NCBI RefSeq assembly: GCF_018350175.1
Contig: NC_058368.1
Coordinates: 12,834,001 to 12,898,000 of the forward strand
Direction of reading: 5' to 3'
Origin: Felis catus
Taxonomy: Eukaryota
Length of the DNA stretch: 64,000 bases
A program made the translations under genes and the position numbers. The notes beneath the pieces were generated by a model, which did no database searches, was not told the DNA's origin, and saw only the letters and a program-made list of their open reading frames with translations. Shown here one piece after another: positions 1 through 12,545 of this stretch (position 1 is the stretch's first letter; the number at the start of each line of letters is the position of its first letter).

Positions 1-240
1 GGCACCTGCGGAAGGACCTGGAGCCCTCCAGAGGGCCAGGGGTGCGCAGCCCAGGGCGCGGCGGCCCTCCCCGCTTGAAGGAGCGCTCCTGGCAACACGT
101 CAAGAGGCGGGCGAGCCCTGCAGGAGCGCAGGACCCCGCCCGGGGCCGCAGACGCAGGGCAGGAGGGCGGGGTCACGTCAGGTCCCGGTGCGGCCCCTCC
201 CCCCATCCGGGACTCTCCACACACCCTTGAGGGTCAGAGA
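1..240. promoter_or_regulatory. Edge of a CpG island, probable promoter flank, with a GC-box and a CRE/ATF-like site
   Basis: Very GC- and CpG-rich compared with the rest of the window; GGGCGGGG at 165-172; TCACGTCA (TGACGTGA on minus) at 173-180. Confidence 0.7.
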
Positions 241-329
241 GACCAGAAACCCCATTTCCATGAATGTCAGTCCCTCCTCTGGCTTGGCTTAGGCCCACCC
301 CTGGAGACTAGGAGGTCACCACAAGGATA

Positions 330-600
330 AACATTAACATATTCTTAAACTAGGAACTCTAAAACTTATCCTAAGGAATAAGGTAAGTCATGGATTTGTT
401 CTTAAGACTTAGTCACAAAGAAATTCAATGCAGTATTGCTCATCTTGTTGGAAAATTGAAACTAAAAGTGTCCAACGTTAGGAGATTTGTAAACTAAAAG
501 CATTTGTCTTTGCAAAGGAATACTATACAGATATTTAAAATGATGCAAAGGGAGAATATTTCTGTATATGGAGAGAAATATGAAAAGCAAATTATAAAAC
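330..600 (+). mobile_element. Highly decayed old L1 (L1ME-like) 3' fragment
   Basis: Degenerate motifs of the L1 ORF2 end and 3'UTR (ctaggaa..tatcctaaggaa, tgtccaac, ggaatactatacag). Confidence 0.4.
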
Positions 601-620
601 ATAAAATGTCCCAAGTTTCC

Positions 621-837
621 TTTTTATTTATTTTTTAAATGCTTATTTGTTTTTGAGAGAGAAAAAGGGTGCAAGCACGAGTGGGCAGGGGCAGGGAGAG
701 GGAGAGAGAGAATCCCAAGCAGGCTCTGTGCTGTCAGAGCAGAGCCTGACACGGGGCTCAAACTCACAAGCCATGAGATCACGACCTAGGCCAAACTCAT
801 GAGCCAGACGCTTAACTGATTGAGCCACCCAAGCACC
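621..837 (-). mobile_element. Carnivore SINE (SINEC, feliform type)
   Basis: tRNA-derived head, CT tract and A-tail on minus; TSD cccaagtttccttt. Confidence 0.95.
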
Positions 838-855
838 CAAGTTTCCTTTCTGGAA

Positions 856-860
<5 letters not shown>

Positions 861-900
<40 letters not shown>
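861..900. repeat. (TA)n microsatellite
   Basis: Pure TA run. Confidence 0.98.
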
Positions 901-903
<3 letters not shown>

Positions 904-1554
904 GATTTTGGAAATAATACCTAAGAGTACTTATTTGTGAGTGATAAGAATATAAGGAGTCTTTTTCCTTTTTGTCACTATCTTACATTACCTTATGATT
1001 ACTCTAAAATTAATATATGTTACTTATGCAATAAGGAAAAACATGTTTTGGGGGTGGGTTTTTTTTGGGGGGGGTTGGTTTTTTGCTTTGTTTGTTTTAT
1101 GAGGACCTGCATTTATGCTTCACTACTAGTAAACTCTCAGACACTAACATTTAGGTCTCTGAAGTCTGTCCAGATAGGCACTGCCTTCTCTAATGGCTCA
1201 AAGGGCACTGTTTTGATTCTCTGAGATACATCACCCTGCAGAATAACCTGATCTCCTAGCTTCTTATAAGTATCAGAAGGCAAATGATTAGGAAAAATTG
1301 GACCTTACTGCTGAAAGGTGTAAACTTAAGTAAAAGTTGATCTGACTCAAGGTTTATGTTTGTAGTGTGTTATACAGCAATACCATGAAATTATATATTT
1401 TCATTCACTATTTGTTGGGAGACTGTCCTATTCAAGAATTTGTAAGCTTCTAAATAGCCTTGATGTATGAAGATTCCCAAGTCAAAGAAAAGTTTACTCT
1501 TTGATACCTTGTCTACTTTGTGCTCCAGGAACAAAGCAAAGGTCAAGGGAGGTG

Positions 1555-1556
<2 letters not shown>

Positions 1557-1601
<45 letters not shown>
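1557..1601. repeat. (CA)n microsatellite
   Basis: Pure AC run. Confidence 0.98.
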
Positions 1602-1604
<3 letters not shown>

Positions 1605-2033
1605 GTATATCTATGGCTATATCTGTGTTTATACACCTGTATATCTATATATCTACAAATATTGAGAAGAGAGAAAGTTGGTGCTCTCTGGTAATAAGCA
1701 TCTTGTATTAAACACATAAATCTACTCTTTGGTGGGTATTATAAAATATTTCTTTTCTTCTTTAGCTAATTTTTCTTTGCAAATTTAAACGTCTTTAGAG
1801 TATTCTTCTGCTTATCCTGAGAATAGGATTAAAGGATACATAGTAGGCATGAAAGAAATACTTGTAGTCGACTGAGCATGTGTGTCTGATTGAATTATAA
1901 GGAAGTCAGTGATTAAAAAAATGAGATTTTGAAATAAATTGTAAATATTTTAGATGAGGCCAAATGAGTTTCAAGTCTTTGAAAATAGCTTTTTTTTACT
2001 AATACCCCTGCTCACTCTAGAATGCCCTATGTT

Positions 2034-2249
2034 GGGGCACCAGGGTGGCTCAGTCAGTTGAGTGGCTGACTTCGGCTCAGGTGGTGATCTTGCAGTTGAC
2101 GAGTTCGAGCCCCGCGTCGGGCTCTGTGCTGACAGCTCAGAGCCTGGAGCCTGCTTCGGATTCTGTGTCTCCCTCTCTTTCTGCCCCTCCCCTGCTCATG
2201 CTCTCTCTCTGTGTCAAAAATAAATAAATATTTAAAAAAAAATTTTAAA
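2034..2249 (+). mobile_element. SINEC_Fc-type SINE
   Basis: Full length; perfect 16-bp TSD tagaatgccctatgtt (2018-2033, 2250-2265). Confidence 0.97.
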
Positions 2250-2574
2250 TAGAATGCCCTATGTTATCTAGTGGAGAATGAACATTCTTTGTCAAAGCAT
2301 TTAAGTATATTATTCTCTACATATTTACGAGAAGCCTGCCACTTTAGACTTTTGCCTATATCTTGATTATAAATAACAATACATTCCACATCATTGCATT
2401 ATTGATTTATAGATTTCTTACTGTCTTGAATTGTTTTCAGGTAATAAATTAGCTTCTCTAACATGTGAAGTAATATAAAGCATAATCCAACTTAACTGAA
2501 GAAGACTTTCTGTGTCTAAGGCTGTGGAATCTAATTTTGTCTTTAATAGTGCCTGGCGGTATGATCCTGGCCAA

Positions 2575-2666
2575 GGCTCATAGATTTTCTGAGTCTCCAT
2601 TTCCTTACTTGTAAGACAGTTGTCACTAGATGATCTCTAAAGCTCCTTTCAGCTTTAAAAGTCCTG
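2575..2666 (+). mobile_element. MIR/MIR3 3' fragment
   Basis: ctgagtctccatttccttacttgtaa...actagatgatctctaaagctcctttcagct. Confidence 0.6.
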
Positions 2667-3309
2667 CAGTGAAATTATACAGAAACTGTCATTTGGAATA
2701 ATTTATCACTACTTTTCAAAGATTTGGGGTATAGATCAAAGCTTAGAGTGACAGCAATCTTCTGACGGAGGAAAAGTCAGTTGGTGTAAAATGCACTCTG
2801 TTCTGCCTCCCGGAGGCAGACACAGAACTAATGCAGCTTTCTCAGCAGAACATGTGGCTAAATGCATAAATTCATAAACTAAAACACACGGGCTTTGAAA
2901 CGGGCACTTTCCACAAATCACATCAAACCACCTAAATGGAATGGTAGGTTTTCTCCTGGCAGTGTTTTTCTCCTTATTTCTTTCCTCAAGTTGTAAATTC
3001 AAGTCTGCCTGTGCTGCTTGTGTTCAGCCTGGGAAGATCTCCAGTGACTCAGCCCCTGTGATGTGTCTCCTAGATGCAACTTTTGCAGAAACGGATAAAT
3101 CAGTGGTTGACATACACTTTTCTTCCTCTGGGCTGTGCACTAAGCATCCTCTACAACCCTTAGGTTTATCTTAAAAGACACTGATCTTAGAGAAAGGATT
3201 ACTTTTAATTCAAATAGGTAGCAATTTGATGTTTTTACATAGGTGAGAAAAACTATGCCTGTTTTATTTAGAGTTTTATAATATGCAGCAGGACAAAGTT
3301 ATTTTCTTT

Positions 3310-3560
3310 TTTAATATAAATGTATGTATTTATTTATTTAATGTTTTTATTTATTTTTGAGAGAGAGAGAAAGGGAGAGCATGAGCAGAGAAGAGGCATA
3401 GAGAGGGAGGCAGAGGATCTGAAGCGAGCTCTGCACTGAGAGCAGAGCACCCGATGCGGGTCTGGAACTCTCACACCAAACCATGAGTTCATGACCTGAT
3501 GCGAGATCATGACCTGAGCCGAAGTTGGACACTTAACTGACTGAGCCCCCCATGCACCTC
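3310..3560 (-). mobile_element. SINEC SINE with a short internal duplication
   Basis: SINE body on minus; TSD gttattttcttt; catgacctga segment repeated at ~3482-3518. Confidence 0.93.
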
Positions 3561-4147
3561 ATTGTTATTTTCTTTAAAAGGCACTGTCATAGTTGTGTTC
3601 TGTTTATCACAGTCCCTAGATAGGGACAGCTGTCTTCACTCTGTGTGCTTTAGCAAATGGAAAACTCAAGTAAGAGGTCTCTCATTATATTATTAGCGAA
3701 TTACCACAGGTAATGCTCCAAATCTGTTAACTTGAACAAAGAGCATAATGTTAAGCTCTTCGAGGATTCCTTCAAAAGTAGCTTCCCCATTCCTTCTGGA
3801 AAACAGTGGAATAAAACTAAGATATTTTAAAATAATATTCTTATGCTTGTAAGACATCATCTTCAAATGTTACCATGAAAAAATATTGTAGAATTAATCT
3901 CCATGTCAGTTTGAGAGGGGAAGAATGTATTGATGTCATTATTTTATAAAGGTCAAAGAGAGGTTATAAAACTTGTCTAGCAATTTGCTGAATTGAAATA
4001 GATCAGGAAAAAGACCAAGTCTTGTGATTGTAGTGGATATTGTTATTCTTCTATCAGATGTTTTTTTTCTATGTCACTTGTCCATTCATCAACCTTTCCA
4101 TCCAGTATCTATTTAACACTTACTAATGTAAGACACTGTAATAACTA

Positions 4148-4837
4148 TGATTCTGCACCCAATTCCAGTGTGTGTTTTTGTAATGACTACAATCAGCATC
4201 AGATGTCACAGGTTAAGAGCTAAGTCCTAGAAGACTACCCCACACCACCCTCTTCAGATGCCAATCCCAAGTCCAGCTACAGATCAAAGGTTCTCATGAC
4301 CTCCTTCTCAGGCTTGATTGATTTTGCTACAGCAGCTCACACAACTCAAAGGAACATTTTACTTGCCCGATCACCAATCTATTATAAAAAGATATAACTT
4401 GGGAACAGGCAGCTGGCAGAGATGTGTAAGGCAAGGTTTGGAAAAAGGGCACAGAGTTTCCAGGCCCTCTCCAAGCATCCTGTGTTCCCCCAACCCGAAA
4501 TTCCCTGGACCCTGATCTTTTTGGTTTTTTATGGAGGCTTCTTTACATAGGTGTGATTGATTAAACTTTCGACCATTGGCAACTGAACTCAATCTCCAGC
4601 CCCTCTTCCACTCCCTGAAGTTCTAAGTGGAACTGAAAGTTCCAACTCTGTAATCACATGGTTGGCTCCACCAGCAACCAACCCCCATCCTTCACTGCTT
4701 TCCAAAAGTTGTCTCATCAACATAACAAACAACACTTTAACCGCTCCACAGGAAATTCCAAGCGTTTTAGGAACTCTGTGCCAGGGACCAGAACAAAGAC
4801 CAAATACATATTTCTTATTATAAATCACAACAGCACC
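4148..4837 (-). mobile_element. MER21-like solo LTR
   Basis: Characteristic terminus aaagaccaaatacatatttcttattataaatcacaa and internal cttcagatgccaatcccaagtcc. Confidence 0.75.
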
Positions 4838-4844
4838 ATAACCA

Positions 4845-5110
4845 ATATTTACTGAGTTTGTCCTATATGCAGGACACTACTATAACTACTATAACTGATT
4901 GAAATAGCTTCACCATAATCTTCTAGGGTAGATACTGTCATTATTCTAATTTTAGGGATGAAGAAACTGAAACACAGGTGCTGAGTAACTTACTCACTAT
5001 TTTATATTTTTACTCACTTATTTTATGATGATTGTGCTGGTGAATTACAGAGCCAGGATTTGAACCTAGGTAGTCTGAGGCCAGAATCCATGCTCTTAGT
5101 CACTCATTCT
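4845..5110 (-). mobile_element. MIR SINE
   Basis: Core gatgaagaaactgaaacacag...gagccaggatttgaacctagg. Confidence 0.8.
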
Positions 5111-6210
5111 GCCCTCTCCCAGTCACAGGGGGTGTTTCTGGGGGCGTACAGTACAGCACAGTGTGCCTAGATAGCCAAAACTCAAGCCTAAATGTGGACA
5201 ATGTCATAGGAGAGACGAAGTCCCGGTTGCAACTATGTGCAAAGGAAGGAGGGAGGATGGGATGATGGTTATGGGAAGACGAAGGGTTGTGATATTATGG
5301 AAAAGTGGTCTTTCTTACTCTCCAAATAACTCTTGAGTATTCACTAAATTTGTAGTTGATGATATTTACATGTAGACACAGTGAATGTTATCGCTATGCC
5401 AGTGAAAAATAGATTATTATCTACTCTCTGTCTGTAGAGACACTTTGAAAGACTATTCTTCAGAGCCACATGAGCTCAATAGCTCATTTTGCTTCAATGA
5501 TAATTGTATTTCTTTCTCCAATTGACCTAATCTTTCCATGAGTAAAATGACTGCATCACAGTTTGATTTAGAATTAAAAATTATCCAAAGGCTGTAAACT
5601 GCTTTTGAATCTACTAAATCTTACCTAGTAAAAGCAATACTCAATGACTTATGTGCATACCTGTCAGAATTAATTGGATTGTTACATGAGCATTCATGAA
5701 ATGCCATTCATTGCCTCTTAAAATGCTCATAATTTCAAGTTTGCATTTCGATGTGTCTTGTCTCTTTCTTGAGTGATCTTTTCCAGAGTGAACTCTCACT
5801 TCTCTGAATTTCTATGACTCTTTCAGTAAGTGCCTCTACCATTAACTATATCTGGTAATATAGGTCCTCTGGCTTTATGTTTAGAAGTATTAGGTCTTCC
5901 TAATTAGTTTGTCATCTTCTTAAGTGTCATCATCTCAGGTGAAGGAAAAATGTCTTCTATTTCTTACTGTAGTCAGTCTCGGCTAGCTTTGAGGGCGCAG
6001 AAATATAAATGAATGAATGCCACAGACCTGACTTATCAGCGCTGTCAGTGATCTGCTGATATTCCTAGGTGTAATTCGATCTGGTGGTCAGGCCCCTGGG
6101 CTAGAAATCGGGAGGCTTGGATTCTATTTCCCATTTTTTGTGACTTTCAATGCTTTTGCTTAAGCTCTCATTTTCTCCACAAATAACTTGAAGGAAGAGT
6201 CCATCTACAC

Positions 6211-6345
6211 CAGTGGTCCTCAGCCTAGACTACGCTTTGGAATTGCACTAATATGGGCTTCCACCTCCAGAAAATCTAATTTCATGGGTCTGGGCTTTGG
6301 AGTTTTAAACAGCTCCTTAAGTGATTCTTTTGAGAAGGTGAAGTA
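6211..6345. mobile_element. MER5-like hAT-Charlie relic
   Basis: cagtggtcctcagcct...tctaatttcatgggtctggg...ttttaaacagctccttaagtgattct. Confidence 0.6.
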
Positions 6346-6559
6346 CAGAAGAAGTTGTCTGGCAAATTTCAGAAATGCTAATAGATGCTTTTAGCCTAGT
6401 GTAGTTCTCACCACTACCCCCAGATAACTTTTTTCCAAGTTCTGCTCATGTGCCTGTTAAATCTGAGTCTACCCTCTCCCCTGTATTCCCTTTGGCATTG
6501 TTCAGCATTCTTTTTAACTTTGTGCCTTATTATCTTCTCTTTCTCTGATCCTCCTCCTG

Positions 6560-7072
6560 CAACAAATGTCGTCTTTCTGAAAGACAAGTATGAGTGTATG
6601 TGCTTCATGCTAAAACTCTTGCTTATAAATTGAGTGCTAGCTCCCTAGGATATCAGACAAGACCCTACATAATATCACGTTGCCTGCCTCTATGGCCACG
6701 TTCTCCAGCACATCCCCACCTTCTGTATTTGTCTCCATCCATGAGGTTCCATGTTTCTGCTTGTGCATATATTGTTCTGCCCGGGATGATTCTCTTCTCC
6801 TCTTTCCCAACTAATTGCTCATTAGTCATTTACTACACATCCTCGAAACCTCAGCTGTCACCTCTATCAGGAAGTCTTTTGGACTTGTCTCAGCAGATTT
6901 AATCCTCCCTCTTCTATGCTAAGTGTGTGTGTTACACATACATTATGACTATTCTTATTCTATGTTATAATTGTTTCTTTGCACCTCTAATATGTGAGGG
7001 TAGAAACTGTGTCTAATTCATCATTTTCTTAGCACATAGCACAGAGTAGGAACTCAGTAAAGCTCATTGAAT
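6560..7072 (+). mobile_element. L2 LINE 3' fragment
   Basis: Ends in the L2 tail gcacagagtaggaactcagtaaa...ttgaatt. Confidence 0.65.
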
Positions 7073-7151
7073 TAAATTACGTTAATGTTAATAAAGGGTT
7101 TAGGATTCCTTGAAAATCAGTACAAATATACTTGGCTTTAAGAAAAAATGC

Positions 7152-7368
7152 GGGGAGCCTGGGTGGTTCAGTGTGTAAAACGTCTGACTCTTGATTTCAG
7201 TTCGGGTCACGACCATGAGATCAACGCCCCGCACTGGGCTCTGCACTGGGTCATGGAGCCTGCTTAAGATTCTCTCTCATCCTCTTCCTCTGTACCTCTT
7301 CTGCTCATGTGTGCATGCATGCTCTTGCTCTCTCTCTGTCTCTCTCTCTCAAAAAAAATTAAAAAAAA
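7152..7368 (+). mobile_element. SINEC SINE (older subfamily)
   Basis: ggggagcctgggtggttcag head, CT tract, A-tail. Confidence 0.92.
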
Positions 7369-9143
7369 GAGTGCAATGCAACAGGAAAACTCCTCAAATC
7401 AAATTTTTGTGATATAATTTTAAGTGCATCTGATACATGTACTACCAAGGAATTTTTAAAATCAGTTGACTCCCTATTTTGTTTTTTCATAAACCCAACT
7501 TATGAATTGAACAAATATTTGTTGAGTTCATTCTATTTGCTATGACACTGCTGGTCCTTAAGGAGCTCAGTGAGAAACAGACAAGTCACAAAGTTACAAT
7601 TTAAGAATGATCAAATGCTATGACAGAGGTTAGCACAGACTTACCTCCAGGATCAATTAATCTTATCCTAGAGACATTCCTAGTATAACGGCTAAAATTT
7701 TACCCCTTTCTGTTTTACCTAAGAAAGTATGGTCAAATACAAATTAATTAAAGGGATGGGTAGTATTATAGGAATAACCTTGCATATACTCAAGAGTTTG
7801 AGTTTCAATACATCAGAAGCAAGGTTTTTTTTAAGTAAATAATTCATAAACCTCACTTAATTTAGCAATCATAGTAACAAATTCTTTGTGACATATTTTA
7901 GAACTAATTGCTACATAAAAGTGTATCATACTATTTTGTAGGGAGGAGGAACCGCTTCCTTGTATATATATGATACATTTAGTCTTGTACAAATTTAGAT
8001 TATATATAGTCTTTCGGGAATATATTCATGCATATTGTAACCAAGAGAAAGCTTGGTTCCCTTAGGGAATTGGCAAGAACTCAGATTTAACTGGTATCAC
8101 CAATGTAGGGTGAGAGAACACTTAAAATTTTATGTCTTTGATGTGCATTCTATCTTCTCCCTTCACTTCTTTTAGTCAATCCAACTTTCTGAAACAGGAA
8201 TCAGTCTACCATTAAATTTATAAGACCTCTAATTTAGACTAACTTCCTTTATCAGCTCTGCGTCTTAGCACATTTCCTTTTATTTCCCTGAAACAGTACC
8301 AGTGATTGATGGGCGATAATGTAATACATATACTACAATATAAATGACAACACCTGCATTACTCAGAACATGCCAGATATGAATGAGCTGAGGTCATTAC
8401 ACGGAGGTGATTTCATTTAATCTGTAGGGTGGGTCAGTTGTGTCCTCAGTACCATAAATCTCAAAGGGCATGTTAGAGACACATGCAGCTTAGCAAACAC
8501 TTTTTTTATGAGAGTCCTAGATCCTAGCTCTATTTAAAAAGTCATCACATCATAAAACTAAAAATTTAATAATTAAAAAAAAGAACATTATATCAGTCAG
8601 AGGGATGTAAGATGTGAGACTCACAGAATGCTGGAACCTAGGAATGCATTGGGATTTTTTGAACTCTCATTTCTTTATTTGTTCACAGGAGAATGTGCTG
8701 AAGAGTGTAAGTGATTACATGAATTCAATCTTTTAGAAACCAACATATAATGGGGCTCCGTGTAATATATGGTCCTACCTTGATTACCAGAACTAGATTC
8801 CTTTTATAAAATTCCTAAACCTATACGGCTCATGTTTTCTGGAGCCTATTTGGAGCTATTTGGGACATTACTCATTAGATAAACCTTCCAGAGAGTTTAA
8901 AGCGAATTTCTAACCACTGGATGATGACTATCAGACTATCATCATACTCCTTAAATCAAACAAAATCTATAAAACTGTTGCTGTCGGATGTTTAATTGCC
9001 CCTTTAATTCTATTTGACCCCATTATGAGTATTTTATTAGGCTGAAGGCAGCAGAGTTCTTCATATTCCATAACCCCAGTAGTCCTAAAGAACCCACTGT
9101 GATACACCACTATAATTCTGTCTGTGATACTGAATGTTAAAAA

Positions 9144-9145
<2 letters not shown>

Positions 9146-9181
<36 letters not shown>

Positions 9182-9307
9182 ATTATATACACACACATAT
9201 ATATATAAATATATATATATAAAACATTATATACACACACAAATACATGTGTATATATACACATATATATACATATACATACATACATATATGTGTGTGT
9301 GTGTGTG

Positions 9308-9348
<41 letters not shown>
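9146..9348. repeat. Compound microsatellite (TA)n/(CA)n/(TG)n/(TATC)n
   Basis: Adjacent di- and tetranucleotide runs. Confidence 0.95.
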
Positions 9349-9349
<1 letters not shown>

Positions 9350-9538
9350 ATTTCTCTCAACCAAGAGTATTCCAAAAATAAAATGTTATCTTTATTGGGT
9401 AAGAAGTCAGTTTCCTTTTTTTTACAATAACAAATGTAACATGTTCCTCATGGAAATGAGATATAGTTTCCTTGAGGAAATGGGCCATTTCTTTTATTCC
9501 TCAACCCCATGTGTTATCTTATTAAAAATATTTGGTGA

Positions 9539-9751
9539 GGGGCGCCTGGGTGGTGCAGTCGGTTAAGCGTCCGACTTCACCCAGGTCACGATCTCGCGGT
9601 CCGTGAGTTCAAGCCCCGCGTCAGGCTCTGGGCTGATGGCTCAGAGCCTGGAGCCTGTTTCCGATTCTGTGTCTCCCTCTCTCTCTGCCCCTCCCCCGTT
9701 CATGCTTTGTCTCTCTCTGTCCCAAAAATAAATAAACGTTGAAAAAAAATT
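9539..9751 (+). mobile_element. Young SINEC_Fc SINE
   Basis: CpGs largely intact; TSD atatttggtga. Confidence 0.97.
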
Positions 9752-10434
9752 AAAAATATATATATATTTGGTGAAATTTGGCATCATTGATACGAACAGC
9801 ATAGGCCCAGTGCTATTGTTGTCAATCTGAAGGCTAAGGCTACAATTGGAATTCTGTAGTGTTTAATCTTAAAACAGATATTTGTTGACTTGAGGTTTAT
9901 TTTTTGAGATTATCCATGGCTTTTTATGTTTTTTTGTGTCTCATTTTCCCATCTTCCCTTTATCAGTGCAGTGAGCCCTGACTTGCACGTCGGTTTGGGT
10001 CCTAACCTGTAAGCAGTGTTCTGCACGAACCATTATTTTGGGATCAGACCCATAAAGCCGTATTGAATTGCTTTTAGGGGGAAAATTGTTATATCAACTG
10101 ATTGCATACCACCAATATAAAATTGAATTTTAATCGTTAAATCCAATTCAAAGTTTGCCTTTGGAGAAGAATTGACCCCTAATATAAATCTTAAACTGAG
10201 TCCTGGGTTTACAGAGCAGAGTGAGGTATTACTTTCCTATGTCTGAGCAAATGGATTTTGTCCCTCTTCTGCTATTGTAGGCCCAGTTTGTCTCCCTGAG
10301 TGCTCTGACCTCCCTGTAACAGTCATTTTTAACTTGCAGGGTAGACAATGAATAGGTCCAAAGGTCTTCTAGCACAGGCCGTGTCCACTTCTGTTCAGTG
10401 ACAGCTTTGGCTAAGCCAGCAAGGAATGATCCCT

Positions 10435-10620
10435 CCTTTCATCATTTATTTAGTGTGTGGGTTGTACCAGGTCTATACTAACTGCGGGCATTTGATGCTA
10501 GGCAAAAGCAGTTAGGGTCCCTGCTCTCATGGAGTTTACAGTCAAGTGGGGAAAAGACACATTAATCAAACAATCACACACATAAATGTAACACAATGTG
10601 CTAAGTGTGAAAAGAAGTGG
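10435..10620 (-). mobile_element. L2a-like fragment
   Basis: gtccctgctctcatggagtttacagtcaagtggggaaaagacacattaatcaaa. Confidence 0.7.
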
Positions 10621-10684
10621 GAACTTTGTTCAACGAGAACATCACTGGAAAATTTCACCCCACTGAGGCCAGCCGAGGTTTCTT

Positions 10685-10910
10685 TTTTTTTTTTTAATTT
10701 TTTTTTCAACGTTTATTTATTTTTTGGGACAGAGAGAGACAGAGCATGAACGGGGGAGGGGCAGAGAGAGAGGGAGACACAGAAGCGGAAACAGGCTCCA
10801 GGTTCTGAGCCATCAGCCCAGAGCCTGACGCGGGGCTCAAACTCACGGACCGCGAGATCATGACCTGGCTGAAGTCGGACGCTTAACCGACTGCGCCACC
10901 CAGGCGCCCC
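10685..10910 (-). mobile_element. Young SINEC_Fc SINE
   Basis: Near-consensus sequence; perfect 14-bp TSD agccgaggtttctt. Confidence 0.97.
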
Positions 10911-11056
10911 AGCCGAGGTTTCTTAAAGTGAGGATGGGGTCAAGATTTGGAAAGCAGGGCCCTGAACTAAAAGATCGAGCAGAAAGCAGAGGTAGAATTC
11001 TAGGCAATTAGGGCCTGACCTCCTTCTTTATCTCTACTCCCAGAAATTTTACTTTT

Positions 11057-11276
11057 AAAAAAAAATTTTGTTTAATGTTTATTCATTTTTGAGAGAGAGA
11101 AAGAGACAGAGTACGAGCAGGGGAGGGGCAGAGAGAGAGAAGGAGACACAAAATCTGAAGCAGGCTCCAGGCTCTGAGCTGCACAGAGCCCAATGCAGGG
11201 CTCGAACCCACGAACTGTGAGATCATGACCTGAGCCGAAGCGGGACGCTTAACTGACTAAGCCACTCAGGCGCCCC
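11057..11276 (-). mobile_element. SINEC_Fc SINE
   Basis: TSD cagaaattttactttt. Confidence 0.96.
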
Positions 11277-12098
11277 TCAGAAATTTTACTTTTATTATCT
11301 GGGTAATTGAAGCAAAAGAGTCTGAAGAGTCACTATTAAGTTGAGAACTATCTTCAATATGTTAGAGCCTGAGCAGTTACCCAAATTTGTCTGCCTACAA
11401 AAAGCAGGAAGATGATGAAAATACAATGGATGACATTGAAGCATATGGCACAGAGGTCACCATTAGTTATTGCATTTCTGTGTTTGCTCTTTAGATGAGG
11501 TTCAACCTGCTCAGTTTGTTTTAGGGCATTTTCTGTTCTAGCCCTTGAACACACAAATGCCACTGGGAGCCAGTGATCTCTGCAGCGCTCTACTGCACTC
11601 CTGCTTAGCTGAGATAATCCTTAGCTCACTGGCCTCTGGTCACACATGACCTGCTGCTTAACTGCCATGGCTCTTCCGTAGCCTTTGTAACCACCCTCCA
11701 CCCCAAGGTGATCTGATAGTAGTATGGGGTGGTGGAGTAAGGCCATAGCTAATTCTTCGTGCTTTGCTGTTTTATTGATTTCTCAGTATTATGCAGGATG
11801 TGTTTGCTTAAGGAAACACTGTGTCCGTCCATGCTTGGGTCAACACACACAGTTAGGAGAGGAGCAAATGGATTGTTAGAACCTGGATACACCCAGGCTA
11901 ATGTGGCCAACGTGTTTTCCTTTCTTTTGTACCTAGCTCCCTGATGTCTGGGACAGGCAGCAGAGGCTGGCAGTGACTGACATTTTCAAAGCACACCTTT
12001 AAAGGTTTGAGCAGTGCATGTTTCGTCAAGGAGCTGGAAATAATAAAAGGCGTAGAGCTAGAGCTTCTGAAAAAGGGAGGGCATTGGAAGTTTAGATG

Positions 12099-12117
12099 GG
12101 TCGCTAGATGGCAGTGT
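12099..12117 (+). promoter_or_regulatory. Candidate CTCF binding site
   Basis: ggTCGCTAGATGGCAGtg matches the CTCF core (C/T)C(A/G)C(C/T)AG(A/G)(T/G)GGC(A/G)G and lies in unique sequence. Confidence 0.6.
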
Positions 12118-12179
12118 TTCTGAAGTTCATTCTGAAGAGGCCATATTTGGTGTTTAACTGCTGTTTTACTGAAGTCAGA

Positions 12180-12545
12180 GCAATAAATAATGTCTGATAT
12201 TTATCAGTGTCTTATTATGTACCAAGAGACTCAGCAAATGTTATGTTCACATCAACATAATAAGATAGGCAAAAATAATTATCTCTTTTTACAGATGAAA
12301 AATGGAGGCTTAAAATAGTTAAATAACAGTGGGAATCAGGACCCTAGCTATGTATTTCTCAGATATTACATAGTTTGGCTCCCAGTCTCCCTGTGCTGTA
12401 GGTGTTAGTGTCATCCTCACTTTGAACATGAGGAAACTGAGGAAAAAAGACACTAGGTTACAGGTTCAAGGTCACACAGCTAGTGAGCCAAGGAACCAGT
12501 AAGCCTAAAGTAGGTGAATCTAACTCTAGAGCCTGTATTCTTAAA
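12180..12545 (-). mobile_element. Two tandem MIR fragments
   Basis: ttttacagatgaaaaatggaggctt and catgaggaaactgagg...caaggtcacacagctagt. Confidence 0.75.

Noticed and set aside
42..230. 62-aa Arg/Gly/Pro-rich ORF
   Set aside because: GTG start; composition is what a GC-rich CpG island gives by chance; no recognisable protein
7639..7650. Isolated strong minus-strand splice donors (also ~41845 and ~60348)
   Set aside because: Lone GTAAGT-type hits are expected by chance in 64 kb and have no paired exon evidence
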